Translations under genes and position numbers: made by a program
Part shown: positions 15,283 through 24,128 of the stretch, one piece after another
Layout: each line of letters begins with the position of its first letter
Numbering within the stretch: position 1 is the stretch's first letter
Notes under the pieces: generated by a model
Databases searched by the model: none
Told to the model about the DNA's origin: nothing
Seen by the model: the letters and a program-made list of their open reading frames with translations, nothing else
Origin: Candidatus Falkowbacteria bacterium
Lineage (GTDB): Bacteria; Patescibacteriota; Patescibacteriia; Patescibacteriales; JALSMD01
Assembly (NCBI GenBank): GCA_026987855.1
Contig: JALSMD010000005.1
Coordinates: 1 to 26,496, forward strand
Direction of reading: 5' to 3'
DNA length: 26,496 nt

Positions 15283-16554
15283 CTATTCATTCCATTCTGT
15301 AGATATATTACGTAATTTTTTAATAATGGGAGGCAATACTCTAATAACTTTATCAATTTGAACACTAGTGGTATGTCTTCCTAAGGTAAAGCGAATAGAG
15401 CTATGTGCTATCTCCTTTTTAATACCCATCGCCAATAAAACATGAGAAGCCTCTAGATTGGATGAAGCGCAAGCAGATCCAGTAGAAACTGCTATACCCT
15501 CTAAATCTAATAATAATAATACCGACTCCCCTTCTACGCCGGGAAAAATAAAATTAGCGTGAGCAGGAGTAGAGTCATTTAAATCTGTGTTCAGCTTTGC
15601 TTGAGGTATATTAGCTAAAATTCCTTTGACAAGCCTATCTCTTAAACAAGAAATTTTTTTATTATATTTTTCCTGTTTTGTTGTTATATTTCCCTTATCC
15701 CTTCTTTTTCCCAATAACTTAATAGCCGCTCCCAAACCAACAATACCCGGAACATTTAAGGTTCCGCTACGGCGATTTCTTTCCTGATGTCCTCCTAACT
15801 CAATAGGATAAATAGGCACGCCTTCACGCACATAAAGGGCGCCTATACCTTTGGGGCCATATATTTTATGCCCAGACAAAGAAAGCATATCAATATAATT
15901 CCAAGCTACATCGCAATTAAAAAAGTTTACAGCCTGAACAGCATCAGTGTGAAAATAAATTGGCTCTGGCCTCTGTCCTCTCTCACTAACCCTAGTATTT
16001 CGCCATTCCCTATCTCTCTTTTCGTTAATCTTCTTAATTAATTTTCCAATTTTTCTAATAGGTTGTACTGAACCAACTTCATTGTTTACATACATTATAG
16101 AAACTAAAACTGTATTGTCCTTAATAGATTTTTCTAATGCACCCATTTTTATTATTCCTTTTCTATCTACAGGTAAATATGTTACCTCAATGCCTTGCCT
16201 TTCTAATTCACGGCAAGGCTCTAAAATTGCTGGATGTTCAATGGAAGAAGTAATAATATGCATCTTGTAATCATCGCCCCTTCTCTTTTTTAGAGCTTTT
16301 ATCAACCCTCTTATAGCCAAATTATTAGCTTCGGTAGCCCCGGAAGTAAAAACAATTTCACTAGTCTGACAATTAAGAAAATCGGCTAAAATCTGTCGCG
16401 CTTCATCAACGCCGGTTAAGGCCTCTTGCCCAAATGAATGAATTGAGTTAGGATTGCCAAATTTATCTGTCAAAAAAGGCATCATAGCCTCTAAAACTTT
16501 AGGTTCTAGAGGTGTTGTGGCGCTATGATCTAAATATATCCTTCTAGCAGACAT
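15283..16554 (-). CDS. iscS: Cysteine desulfurase, IscS/NifS type
   Basis: IYLDHSATTP, FTSGATEANN, HTDAVQA, PLP-lysine motif SGHKIYGPKG, catalytic loop STGSACAS. Confidence 0.95.
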   Translation of the reverse strand: MSARRIYLDHSATTPLEPKVLEAMMPFLTDKFGNPNSIHSFGQEALTGVDEARQILADFLNCQTSEIVFTSGATEANNLAIRGLIKALKKRRGDDYKMHIITSSIEHPAILEPCRELERQGIEVTYLPVDRKGIIKMGALEKSIKDNTVLVSIMYVNNEVGSVQPIRKIGKLIKKINEKRDREWRNTRVSERGQRPEPIYFHTDAVQAVNFFNCDVAWNYIDMLSLSGHKIYGPKGIGALYVREGVPIYPIELGGHQERNRRSGTLNVPGIVGLGAAIKLLGKRRDKGNITTKQEKYNKKISCLRDRLVKGILANIPQAKLNTDLNDSTPAHANFIFPGVEGESVLLLLDLEGIAVSTGSACASSNLEASHVLLAMGIKKEIAHSSIRFTLGRHTTSVQIDKVIRVLPPIIKKLRNISTEWNE

Positions 16555-16781
16555 AAATTTAAGTTAAAATAAATAACGTGCAGATTCTAATAAATTAAAA
16601 AACTATTATAATCGAGAATTAAAGATAAATTTAATAACCATTCAATCTTTGTTTATATAACACTTTAAACAAATTGTAAATTCTAAATTATGAGAATTAT
16701 TATTTTTTGTTTCTAACTTTCCACTTTTGATTTTTATATCTTTTGTCGCATTATTACATTACTTGTAGATGATTTTACTTT

Positions 16782-17015
16782 TTAAATACTTATTACCTCT
16801 TTTACCTCTGGCACTTGGCGTTTTAGCTCCTCCTCAATGCCTTGCTTTAAGGTAATTTTAGCCATAGGACAACCAACACACATACCTAAAAGCTTAACAT
16901 TTACTATGCCTTTCTTTTCGTCATAAGAAACAAATCGCACATCTCCACCATGTGCTTGTAATGATGGTTTTATATTATCAATAACCTCTTTTATTTTCTC
17001 TTCAATGTTTTTCAT
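16782..17015 (-). CDS. NifU C-terminal / Nfu-type Fe-S carrier (77 aa)
   Basis: IKPSLQAHGGDV...LLGMCVGCPMAKITLKQGIE, with the Nfu CxxC motif. Confidence 0.92.
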   Translation of the reverse strand: MKNIEEKIKEVIDNIKPSLQAHGGDVRFVSYDEKKGIVNVKLLGMCVGCPMAKITLKQGIEEELKRQVPEVKEVISI

Positions 17016-17042
17016 AGTTTTTTAATATAAAATTAAAAGTTA

Positions 17043-17423
17043 TTAATTTTTGTTCTGATATTGTTTAATTGCTTCATGTAGGGTATCTACCCCCAACATT
17101 GAACAATGGATCTTTTGTGCTGGCAACCCTCCCAATTCTTTTACTATTTCATCTTTGTTTAATTGTAAAGCTTCTTCTAAAGTTCTGCCTTTTACCATCT
17201 CTGTTAAAATTGAAGTGACAGCGATAGCAGCAGCGCAACCAAATGTTTCAAATTTAATATCTTCAATAATTTTTTTATCGTCATTTTCACCAATTTTTAA
17301 ATATATTCTCATCACATCTCCGCAAGCTGGGTTACCCTTTTCACTAACGGCATCAGCATTGTTTATCTTTCCTTGATTGCGTGGATTACGGAAGTGGTCA
17401 ATAACCTTCTGTGTATATTTCAT
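17043..17423 (-). CDS. iscU: Fe-S cluster scaffold, IscU/NifU N-terminal type
   Basis: HFRNPRNQG, GNPACGDVM, FETFGCAAAIA, KIHCS: three Cys plus the conserved Asp and His. Confidence 0.95.
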   Translation of the reverse strand: MKYTQKVIDHFRNPRNQGKINNADAVSEKGNPACGDVMRIYLKIGENDDKKIIEDIKFETFGCAAAIAVTSILTEMVKGRTLEEALQLNKDEIVKELGGLPAQKIHCSMLGVDTLHEAIKQYQNKN

Positions 17424-17427
17424 AAAT

Positions 17428-17841
17428 TTATATTTTATTTTTTAGTATTTGTTCCAAAGTGATTTTTGCTAAATTATCTTTGATTAAATTCTGGATTTTT
17501 AACAAAATGGGCGCCACCCTACATTTGTGTTTTTGCTTGCAATAAACTTTTCCATCACTCTTAATACAATAGAAGGGGCTTACTTCTCCTTCTAAAGAAT
17601 TCAGAACCTCTAATAAAGTAATTTTGTTCGGCTCTTTAGCCAATTTATATCCTCCTAGAGATCCTTTGGAGGCAACAACTATTTTATTTTTCTTTAAATC
17701 CATAAAAATTCTTTCTAAATAATACAAAGATATCTTCTCTTCTTTGGCAATTTTAGACAAAGAAACATTACCTTTGCCCCACAAAGAAGCTAATTTAACC
17801 AAAGCACGCAAACCATAAGTTAAACGCGTAGAAAACCTCAT
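17428..17841 (-). CDS. Rrf2-family transcriptional regulator, IscR-like, three Cys
   Basis: STRLTYGLRAL, YLERIFMDL, KGSLGGYKLA, and C-X8-C-X5-C near the C-terminus. Confidence 0.92.
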   Translation of the reverse strand: MRFSTRLTYGLRALVKLASLWGKGNVSLSKIAKEEKISLYYLERIFMDLKKNKIVVASKGSLGGYKLAKEPNKITLLEVLNSLEGEVSPFYCIKSDGKVYCKQKHKCRVAPILLKIQNLIKDNLAKITLEQILKNKI

Positions 17842-17846
17842 ACAAT

Positions 17847-17865
17847 TCCGACTAAATTACTCTGA
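17847..17865. promoter_or_regulatory. Candidate IscR-type operator
   Basis: TCCGACTAAATTACTCTGA, an imperfect palindrome resembling the IscR type-1 core (YYGACTRwwwYAGTCRR), between the promoter and the rrf2 ATG. Confidence 0.65.
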
Positions 17866-17869
17866 TATT

Positions 17870-17898
17870 AATATAACACCCATCTATTTTTTAGTCAA
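17870..17898 (-). promoter_or_regulatory. Sigma70-type promoter of the rrf2-iscU operon
   Basis: TTGACT-N17-TATATT with an extended -10 (TGt). Confidence 0.7.
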
Positions 17899-17912
17899 CA
17901 GATACAAAAAAT

Positions 17913-17947
17913 CAATAAAAAACGAGCTATGGGCTCGTTTTTTATTG
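17913..17947. terminator. Rho-independent terminator after 17964..20174
   Basis: Perfect 15-bp inverted repeat CAATAAAAAACGAGC / GCTCGTTTTTTATTG with a 5-nt loop. Confidence 0.85.
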
Positions 17948-17963
17948 TTGCGATATGTTTTGT

Positions 17964-20174
17964 TTAGTTGGTGTTATCTTCTAGTTGATGAATAAATTCA
18001 TCAACATATGATTGTAAACTAGGCTTTAACTCGGCTGCCTTTTTAGCTGCTTTAATAGATTTTTTACTTTCTCCCAGTTGTTTATAAAGTTTAGCTAGGT
18101 TAATCCAATTTTCTTCATTTTTGGGTTCTAACTTGGTCAAACGGTTATAAAGTGCAACAACCCTTTTCCAATCCTTTTTTTCTATATAATGCTTCAACAG
18201 GCCTTTTATAAAACTTTTAGGCCCTAAAATACGAGCTCCTCCTTTATCAATACATTCATCAGCCCATTTTAAGCCGTTTTCCCTGTCATTATAATAAAAA
18301 TAAACCTTTGAAAGTTGACAAGCGCTGTCAAAATAATCAGGGTTTAAATTATAAGCATATTGTAGAGTCTCTAAGGCTTTTTCTTTTTCTCCACGGGTAA
18401 TATAAATTTGCGCTTTCTGAAAATATATTGGTATTCTCTTGGGACTAGCTTCAATTGATTTATCAATTGCTTCTAAGGCTCGGTTTGAATAATAACTAAA
18501 TTTCTCAGAGTTTTTGGGATAAAACATTGAAGCCTCATTTAGAACCTGGGCAAGCAGCATTTGGTTCAAACTGTCGCGTGGATTATAATCAACATTTTTT
18601 TCTGCTAACGTAATAGCATAATTTAGAATTTCCTCAGCTTTACTATGGTCAATTTTATGTAAAGCGCCTGGATTAGATAGTATTAATCTTATAAAACTCG
18701 TCCTGCTATCTCTATCTAAAACAGTGTTATAACTCAAAGCTTTTTGATACTCTTCATAACTTTTAATCATATTTCCCTGATAATAAGCTATTTGACCGCT
18801 GATAGTTTTGTCCAACATTTTATAAACTTTCCAATTATATTGATATAAGATGGTTAACAAAATGACGGCACTAAAAAACAAAGCATAAACTTCTTTATTT
18901 TCCCACTCTCGCCCCTTTTCTTTAATTTCTTCAATTGTTTCTTTATTAACCAACCAGTAAATATATCCCAAAGTAAACATTAAAGCTATATAAGTGACAA
19001 AAGAATCAAATACAGCTAAATTTTGTATAAAATAAGCTATAATCAAAGAACTAACCAGGATAAATTCGTGGATATTGATTTTGCCTCGTTTAAATCCTGT
19101 TATTAGATAGTAAGCCAAAGAAATAAAAATTGACAGATAAGCCGCTAGGCCAATAATGCCTGTAGTAGAAGCTATATCAATTAAATTATTATGCGCTCTA
19201 TCAAAATAGGTTTCTGAACGAGTATAATTATAAAATTTTGGATCAAAATATTTATCAAAAATAATAGCATAATTACCATGTCCGGTCCCTAATATAGGGT
19301 GATTCTTAAAATCTTTCAAAGCCGCTCGCCAAGAAATTAAACGAGTTTGAAAAGTATTTTTCTTAAAAGAAATTTCCGTAGCCACTCTTAAAACAGAATT
19401 GTGTTTTACAAAATTACTATCTTTATATACAAATAATAAAGTAATTAAGGCTGTTAGAATAATAAAAGTAACCAAAGAATATTTTTTAACTTTTTTATTT
19501 TTACTTAAAATTACATATAAAAATAATAATACTAAGACACTAAAACCCAAACCAACAAAAGCTCCCGAAGTATTTGCCTTATTAAATTCTAACAACATCG
19601 GAATTATGGCTATCAAATACAAGGGTTTTAAAGCTGTCATTTCTTCTTTGACAAATAATAGCCAGGCAAAATAAATGTTAAAAATAAGATAACCGCTTAC
19701 ATAAGCAGTATTACCGATTGTGCTATAATCTTTCCCAGCCAAGCCCTTAAAGCTAACAAGGTCGGCAATAACAATTGAGATAATAAATAAAATCTTCCAG
19801 TCTTTCCATTCTCTAAATACTGTAATAACAATAAAATAAAACATAATAAAATGAGCAATGTGAAACACGCCCAACATCCTTTCTATATCACCCCAAAAAC
19901 TTAAATTAAAATCAACGCCAGTAAAACAACTAATAGTAATAGCTGCTAAAAACATTAGGAGTCCAAAAGAAATCCATGATTTTTTTGGTCTGTACTCCGG
20001 ATATTTAATAATAAAAGCGACCCAAAAAATTGTTAGAATTTCTACCAATATATTAAACGGTATCTGTTTTGAGGTAATAAAAGGAAAAAGCAAGTTTTTA
20101 AAAACAAAAAAAACAATAATAAGAGATAAATAAATACCAAATCTTAAAATATTAAGATAAATTTTTGGGGACAT
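17964..20174 (-). CDS. O-antigen-ligase-family membrane protein with C-terminal TPR repeats (736 aa)
   Basis: Many transmembrane segments, FWGDIERMLG, TIGNTAYVSGY, TRLISW, ILGTGHGNY...FDRAHNNLIDIASTTGIIG; TPR-like C-terminus. Confidence 0.85.
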   Translation of the reverse strand: MSPKIYLNILRFGIYLSLIIVFFVFKNLLFPFITSKQIPFNILVEILTIFWVAFIIKYPEYRPKKSWISFGLLMFLAAITISCFTGVDFNLSFWGDIERMLGVFHIAHFIMFYFIVITVFREWKDWKILFIISIVIADLVSFKGLAGKDYSTIGNTAYVSGYLIFNIYFAWLLFVKEEMTALKPLYLIAIIPMLLEFNKANTSGAFVGLGFSVLVLLFLYVILSKNKKVKKYSLVTFIILTALITLLFVYKDSNFVKHNSVLRVATEISFKKNTFQTRLISWRAALKDFKNHPILGTGHGNYAIIFDKYFDPKFYNYTRSETYFDRAHNNLIDIASTTGIIGLAAYLSIFISLAYYLITGFKRGKINIHEFILVSSLIIAYFIQNLAVFDSFVTYIALMFTLGYIYWLVNKETIEEIKEKGREWENKEVYALFFSAVILLTILYQYNWKVYKMLDKTISGQIAYYQGNMIKSYEEYQKALSYNTVLDRDSRTSFIRLILSNPGALHKIDHSKAEEILNYAITLAEKNVDYNPRDSLNQMLLAQVLNEASMFYPKNSEKFSYYSNRALEAIDKSIEASPKRIPIYFQKAQIYITRGEKEKALETLQYAYNLNPDYFDSACQLSKVYFYYNDRENGLKWADECIDKGGARILGPKSFIKGLLKHYIEKKDWKRVVALYNRLTKLEPKNEENWINLAKLYKQLGESKKSIKAAKKAAELKPSLQSYVDEFIHQLEDNTN

Positions 20175-20207
20175 ACTCTTAAAAAATTATTAGTTAGTTT
20201 ATATTTA

Positions 20208-20236
20208 ATTATAACAAAGCTAATAACAACTAGCAA
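20208..20236 (-). promoter_or_regulatory. Sigma70-type promoter for 17964..20174
   Basis: TTGCTA-N17-TATAAT with an extended -10 (TGt). Confidence 0.7.
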
Positions 20237-20260
20237 GGATATCATTTTAAAAATTTTTAT

Positions 20261-20289
20261 TTCCCAAATAAAAACTTCTATGTTACAAT
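20261..20289 (+). promoter_or_regulatory. Candidate promoter for 20325..20951
   Basis: TTCCCA-N17-TACAAT with an extended -10 (TGt). Confidence 0.5.
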
Positions 20290-20324
20290 AATTTTAAATT
20301 CTAATTATAAATATTATTTTTAAT

Positions 20325-20951
20325 ATGTATTATCTTGATCTCTTGGGGACATTGGCTTTTGCTATTTCTGGTGCTTTTAAGGCTAAAGGACAAAAACTGA
20401 ATATTTTTGGGGTAATATTTTTGGGTATAATTACAGCTGTGGGCGGGGGCACAATTCGTGATTTAATCATTGGACGTACTCCCCTATTTTATCTTTTAGA
20501 TAAAAATTACTTAATTATTGCTATCTTGGGAGGGGTGCTTGCCTATTTTGTGCCTACCTTTTTTAAAAGAAGGTATTCTCTCTTTCGCTTTCTAGACTCA
20601 ATTGGTTTAGCGACCTTTGCTATTATCGGAACTGCTATTTCTTTTAAATATCTCTATCACGACATAAATATAATTTCTACTATTTCTTCAATTTCTCTAG
20701 GAGTGTTTACGGCTAGTGGTGGCGGCATTTTAAGGGACGCTATAATGGGCGATGTTCCTTATGCTCTAAAACATGGTTCTAACTATATTAAATCTGCTTT
20801 TTGGGGGTCCCTAATATTTTTTGCGCTTATGAATATAAACCAAGTTATTGCTGTCATTGTCTCAATGAGTATAGTAATATTATTAAGAGAATTTATTAGT
20901 CATTATGGTATATATCATAAAATATTCTTAAACTCAAAACAAATGTACTGA
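20325..20951 (+). CDS. TRIC / UPF0126 (YadS-like) membrane protein
   Basis: Internal duplication GTLAFAISGA...TAVGGGTIRDLIIG and DSIGLATFAIIG...TASGGGILRDAIMG; about seven transmembrane segments. Confidence 0.9.
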   Translation: MYYLDLLGTLAFAISGAFKAKGQKLNIFGVIFLGIITAVGGGTIRDLIIGRTPLFYLLDKNYLIIAILGGVLAYFVPTFFKRRYSLFRFLDSIGLATFAIIGTAISFKYLYHDINIISTISSISLGVFTASGGGILRDAIMGDVPYALKHGSNYIKSAFWGSLIFFALMNINQVIAVIVSMSIVILLREFISHYGIYHKIFLNSKQMY

Positions 20952-21476
20952 TTTTAATTTTCTTCTTAGTTGTTTGTACTCAGGAATTGTTATTTTAACT
21001 AAATTCCAAAAATCTGCTGAATGATTAAATTCTTTTAAATGACAAAGTTCGTGTACAACAATATAATCTCTTAAATCAGGGGACAAAAAAACAATTCTAT
21101 AATTAAAATTCAAATTACCAAGATGCGAACAGCTTCCCCATCTTGTTTTTTGATTTTTGATAAAAATACGGTTAAATTTAAAATTATAAATTTTGTTAAA
21201 AAAATCAAGTCGTTTTTTAACTAAATTATAAGCGGCTTTTTTATATTTAATATACTCTTGGTAATCATTTTTTGTTGTAGAATTACACTTTTTTAATATC
21301 CAGTCAGTTTTAGTCTTTAAAAATTTTAAAGCCTCTTCTTCTTGAACAAAAAACGGCCGAGTAATAACTACTCTGCCGTCTAGATAAACGCTTAAACGAA
21401 TATATTTAGCACGATAACTTGTCTTTACTAAACAATTTATCTTCTTATTTCTAAGTTTTATTACCTTAATCTCCAT
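20934..21476 (-). CDS. M48/YgjP (DUF45)-like HExxH metal-dependent hydrolase
   Basis: KNQKTRWGSCS, YIVVHELCHLKEFNHSADFW. Confidence 0.9.
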   Translation of the reverse strand: MEIKVIKLRNKKINCLVKTSYRAKYIRLSVYLDGRVVITRPFFVQEEEALKFLKTKTDWILKKCNSTTKNDYQEYIKYKKAAYNLVKKRLDFFNKIYNFKFNRIFIKNQKTRWGSCSHLGNLNFNYRIVFLSPDLRDYIVVHELCHLKEFNHSADFWNLVKITIPEYKQLRRKLKSVHLF

Positions 21477-21482
21477 TGCGCT

Positions 21483-22706
21483 TTATTTCATTTCCCCCAA
21501 TGTAACCTTTATTTCTTTCTCTTCTCCCTTATGTAAAACTTTTAACGTTATTTCATCTCCTGGTTTAAACTGGCTAATAACCTGGGCTAATGGATTCTTC
21601 TCATCGATTTTCTGTCCGTTAACTTCCAAAATAATATCATTTTCTTCTAAACCAGCTTTATCAGCAGGCGACCCTGGAATTACAGCTAAATCTGTTCTTT
21701 TTTCTCCTCTAATAATAAGGGCACCGTAGTTGACATCTAATTTATTTTCTTTAGCAATTTCTTTGTTAATTTGGATATAACGGACACCTAACCAGGGCCT
21801 TATTATTCTTCCATGTTTACGAACACTGTCAATAGTATTTTTTACTTCATTTATAGGGATAGCAAAACCAATGTTCTCAGCTCCTTGAGCTATAGCTGTG
21901 TTTATGCCAATAACTTGGCCCGCTAAATTAACTAGTGGCCCGCCAGAATTGCCAGGATTGATAGAAGCGTCAGTTTGGATTACTCCGCTTAATCTCTCGC
22001 TCAAGCCACCACCTCCAGCAGTGATAGAACGAGATAAACCTGAAATTACTCCAGTAGAAACAGTGTTACTAAATTCTCCTAAAGCATTACCAATAGCTAT
22101 AACGGTTTGGCCTACTTTTAGTTTTGAACTATCTCCCAATTCAACTGTCGGCAAATTATGGGCATCAATTTTTAAAATAGCCACATCATTAATCGGATCG
22201 CGAGCTAATACTTTTGCTTCATATTTGGTTCCATCATTCATTATTACTGTGTATTCTGCTTTCTCGTCATAAACAACGTGTTTATTGGTAACGATATAAC
22301 CATCTGTAGAAACAATAAAACCAGTGCCACCCCCTATTTCTCTTTTTTCTGTTCCCTTTTGTCTATATTGAGGTATACCAAAACCAAAAAAATCGCCAAA
22401 ATCATCGCCGAAAAAATTTCTAAAAAAATCTGAACCAAAAGGATCATAATAATATTTTTCAATAATAGGTAAATCTTTGGTAATAATAATACTAACTACT
22501 GCAGGAGAAACTTTTTCAACAGCGGCAATAACTGCTGATTCTTCACTTACCTTAACAATTTCCTGTTCTTGACTATTATTAGAAGTGAGGTGTCTTTCCG
22601 GCAAATAATTTAAAACAAAATATGACCCTAAAGAACCAAAAGAAAAGCTAACAATAATAGAAGTAATTAAAGTAATAAGATAAAATTTTTTAAATTCGTT
22701 TTGCAT
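21483..22706 (-). CDS. htrA: HtrA/DegP-family serine protease with N-terminal membrane anchor and one PDZ domain
   Basis: Catalytic triad motifs TNKHVV, DVAILKI, INPGNSGGPL; GIGFAIP-like GFAIP; PDZ region SPADKAGL..NDIIL. Confidence 0.93.
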   Translation of the reverse strand: MQNEFKKFYLITLITSIIVSFSFGSLGSYFVLNYLPERHLTSNNSQEQEIVKVSEESAVIAAVEKVSPAVVSIIITKDLPIIEKYYYDPFGSDFFRNFFGDDFGDFFGFGIPQYRQKGTEKREIGGGTGFIVSTDGYIVTNKHVVYDEKAEYTVIMNDGTKYEAKVLARDPINDVAILKIDAHNLPTVELGDSSKLKVGQTVIAIGNALGEFSNTVSTGVISGLSRSITAGGGGLSERLSGVIQTDASINPGNSGGPLVNLAGQVIGINTAIAQGAENIGFAIPINEVKNTIDSVRKHGRIIRPWLGVRYIQINKEIAKENKLDVNYGALIIRGEKRTDLAVIPGSPADKAGLEENDIILEVNGQKIDEKNPLAQVISQFKPGDEITLKVLHKGEEKEIKVTLGEMK

Positions 22707-22715
22707 AAATTTAAA

Positions 22716-22768
22716 AGTAGAAATATAGTAATATCATTCTTAAAAAATAACAATACTATATTTCCACT
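22716..22768 (-). promoter_or_regulatory. Long hairpin in the htrA 5' leader
   Basis: 15-bp stem AGTGGAAATATAGTA / TACTATATTTCTACT with one G-U pair on the minus strand, ending 9 nt before the ATG. Confidence 0.6.
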
Positions 22769-22774
22769 AATATA

Positions 22775-22802
22775 ATTTTATTAACCATTTTTATTTTAAC
22801 AA
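22775..22802 (-). promoter_or_regulatory. Candidate htrA promoter
   Basis: TTGTTA-N16-TAAAAT; predicted +1 near 22768. Confidence 0.45.
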
Positions 22803-22823
22803 ACTTCTATTAAAATCACAACA

Positions 22824-22860
22824 AACAACAAAACAGGATAAACAATCCTGTCTTGTTGTT
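22824..22860 (-). terminator. Rho-independent terminator after rplA
   Basis: 16-bp inverted repeat AACAACAAAACAGGAT / ATCCTGTCTTGTTGTT; the single mismatch is G-U on the minus strand. Confidence 0.8.
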
Positions 22861-22882
22861 ATAAAAATGTATGAAAACCAGA

Positions 22883-23599
22883 TTAAACAACACTAACTTT
22901 TATTCCTGGCCCCATTGTAGAACTAATAGTTACATTGCGCAAATAGACCCCTTTAGAAGTAGGTGGTTTTGCCTTTTTAAGCGCATCAATCAAAACTTTA
23001 AAATTCTCTTTTAGTTTTTTATCTTCAAATGAGAGCTTTCCAATAGCTACATGAATGTTGCCTGTATCATCATTTTTAAAACTTACTTTACCTTTTTTTA
23101 GTTCTTTTATAGTTTTTGCTGGTTCAGTAGTAACAGTTTCGTTTTTAGGAGATGGCATTAAACCGCGTGGACCTAAAATTTTAGCAATAGGCGCTAGAAA
23201 TCTCATCATTGCTGGCTCGGCTATTGCTACCTCAAAGTTAGTTTTCGTTGTTTTTTTGATTTCTTCAATTAAATCTTCGCCTCCAACCAAATCAGCGCCT
23301 GCTTCTTTTGCTTCTTTTTCTTTTTCTGGAGTAACAAAGGCAGCTACTCTAACAGTTTTGCCTGTTCCATATGGCAAACTAACAGCCCCTCTCACCTGTT
23401 GATCTCCCTTTCTGGGGTCTATACCTAAACGAATATGAACCTCTAGAGATTCGTCAAATTTAGCTCTGGCTAATTTTTTTGCCCAAATTATAGCTTCATC
23501 AATAGTATAGACTTTGCTCTTGTCAAATTGATTTTGGTTGTTTTCTTTTTCTTGTATTTTTTCTTTTTTATCTTCTGGTTTTTTGTTCTTTTTTGTCAT
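22883..23599 (-). CDS. rplA: 50S ribosomal protein L1
   Basis: AKFDESLEVHIRLGIDPRK, LGPRGLMPSPK, SSTMGPG; lysine-rich N-terminal extension. Confidence 0.98.
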   Translation of the reverse strand: MTKKNKKPEDKKEKIQEKENNQNQFDKSKVYTIDEAIIWAKKLARAKFDESLEVHIRLGIDPRKGDQQVRGAVSLPYGTGKTVRVAAFVTPEKEKEAKEAGADLVGGEDLIEEIKKTTKTNFEVAIAEPAMMRFLAPIAKILGPRGLMPSPKNETVTTEPAKTIKELKKGKVSFKNDDTGNIHVAIGKLSFEDKKLKENFKVLIDALKKAKPPTSKGVYLRNVTISSTMGPGIKVSVV

Positions 23600-23605
23600 A
23601 ATTTT

Positions 23606-23642
23606 GTGGTGCGAACAGCGTTTTTTCTAAAACGCCTCCCAC
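23606..23642 (-). promoter_or_regulatory. L1-binding autoregulatory mRNA element between rplK and rplA
   Basis: GTGGGAG-GCGTTTT-AGAA-AAAACGC-TGTTCGC-ACCAC: the GUGG/CCAC closing helix, GGAG internal loop and capping hairpin typical of L1 leaders; ends 6 nt before the rplA ATG. Confidence 0.8.
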
Positions 23643-23668
23643 ACTTATTTATTATTAGTTAAAAATAA

Positions 23669-24091
23669 TTATTTAATTTCTACGCCCATCTGTCTAGCTG
23701 TACCAGCAACAATTTTCATTGCCTTTTCAATGTCATCAGTATTAAGGTCAGGAAGTTTAATTTCAGCAATTTCTCTTAATTGTTCCTTAGTAATACTGCC
23801 AACCTTTTCTGCCAATGGTTTGCTAGAACCTTTTTTAATTTTAGCGTATTTTTTAATCAATTCAGCAGCCGGTGGGGTTTTCATTATAAAATCAAAACTC
23901 CTGTCTTCATAAACAGTGATTTCCACTGGTACAATATCTCCCATTCTATCCTTAGTAGCCTCATTAAATTTTGTGCAAAATTCTTGAATATTTAACCCGT
24001 GCTGGCCAAGAGCCGGACCGACAGGGGGAGCAGGATTGGCTTGGCCTGCTGGAATTTGTAATTTAATTTTAGTTACTTCTTTTTTAGGCAT
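23669..24091 (-). CDS. rplK: 50S ribosomal protein L11
   Basis: [39 protein letters not shown]. Confidence 0.99.
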   Translation of the reverse strand: MPKKEVTKIKLQIPAGQANPAPPVGPALGQHGLNIQEFCTKFNEATKDRMGDIVPVEITVYEDRSFDFIMKTPPAAELIKKYAKIKKGSSKPLAEKVGSITKEQLREIAEIKLPDLNTDDIEKAMKIVAGTARQMGVEIK

Positions 24092-24128
24092 ATTTTTGAT
24101 GATTAATTAATTGTTAATTATTGTACTC

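Noticed and set aside
16691-16705. Fur/PerR-like 7-1-7 site TGAGAAT-T-ATTATTT upstream of iscS
   Set aside because: 11 of 14 matches to a very AT-rich consensus within an AT-rich spacer, no Fur gene in the window; not distinguishable from background.
142-22860. Inverted repeats as MITE/REP elements or a CRISPR array
   Set aside because: The hairpins differ in sequence, sit singly just downstream of stop codons, and show no direct-repeat/spacer periodicity, target-site duplications, cas or transposase genes.
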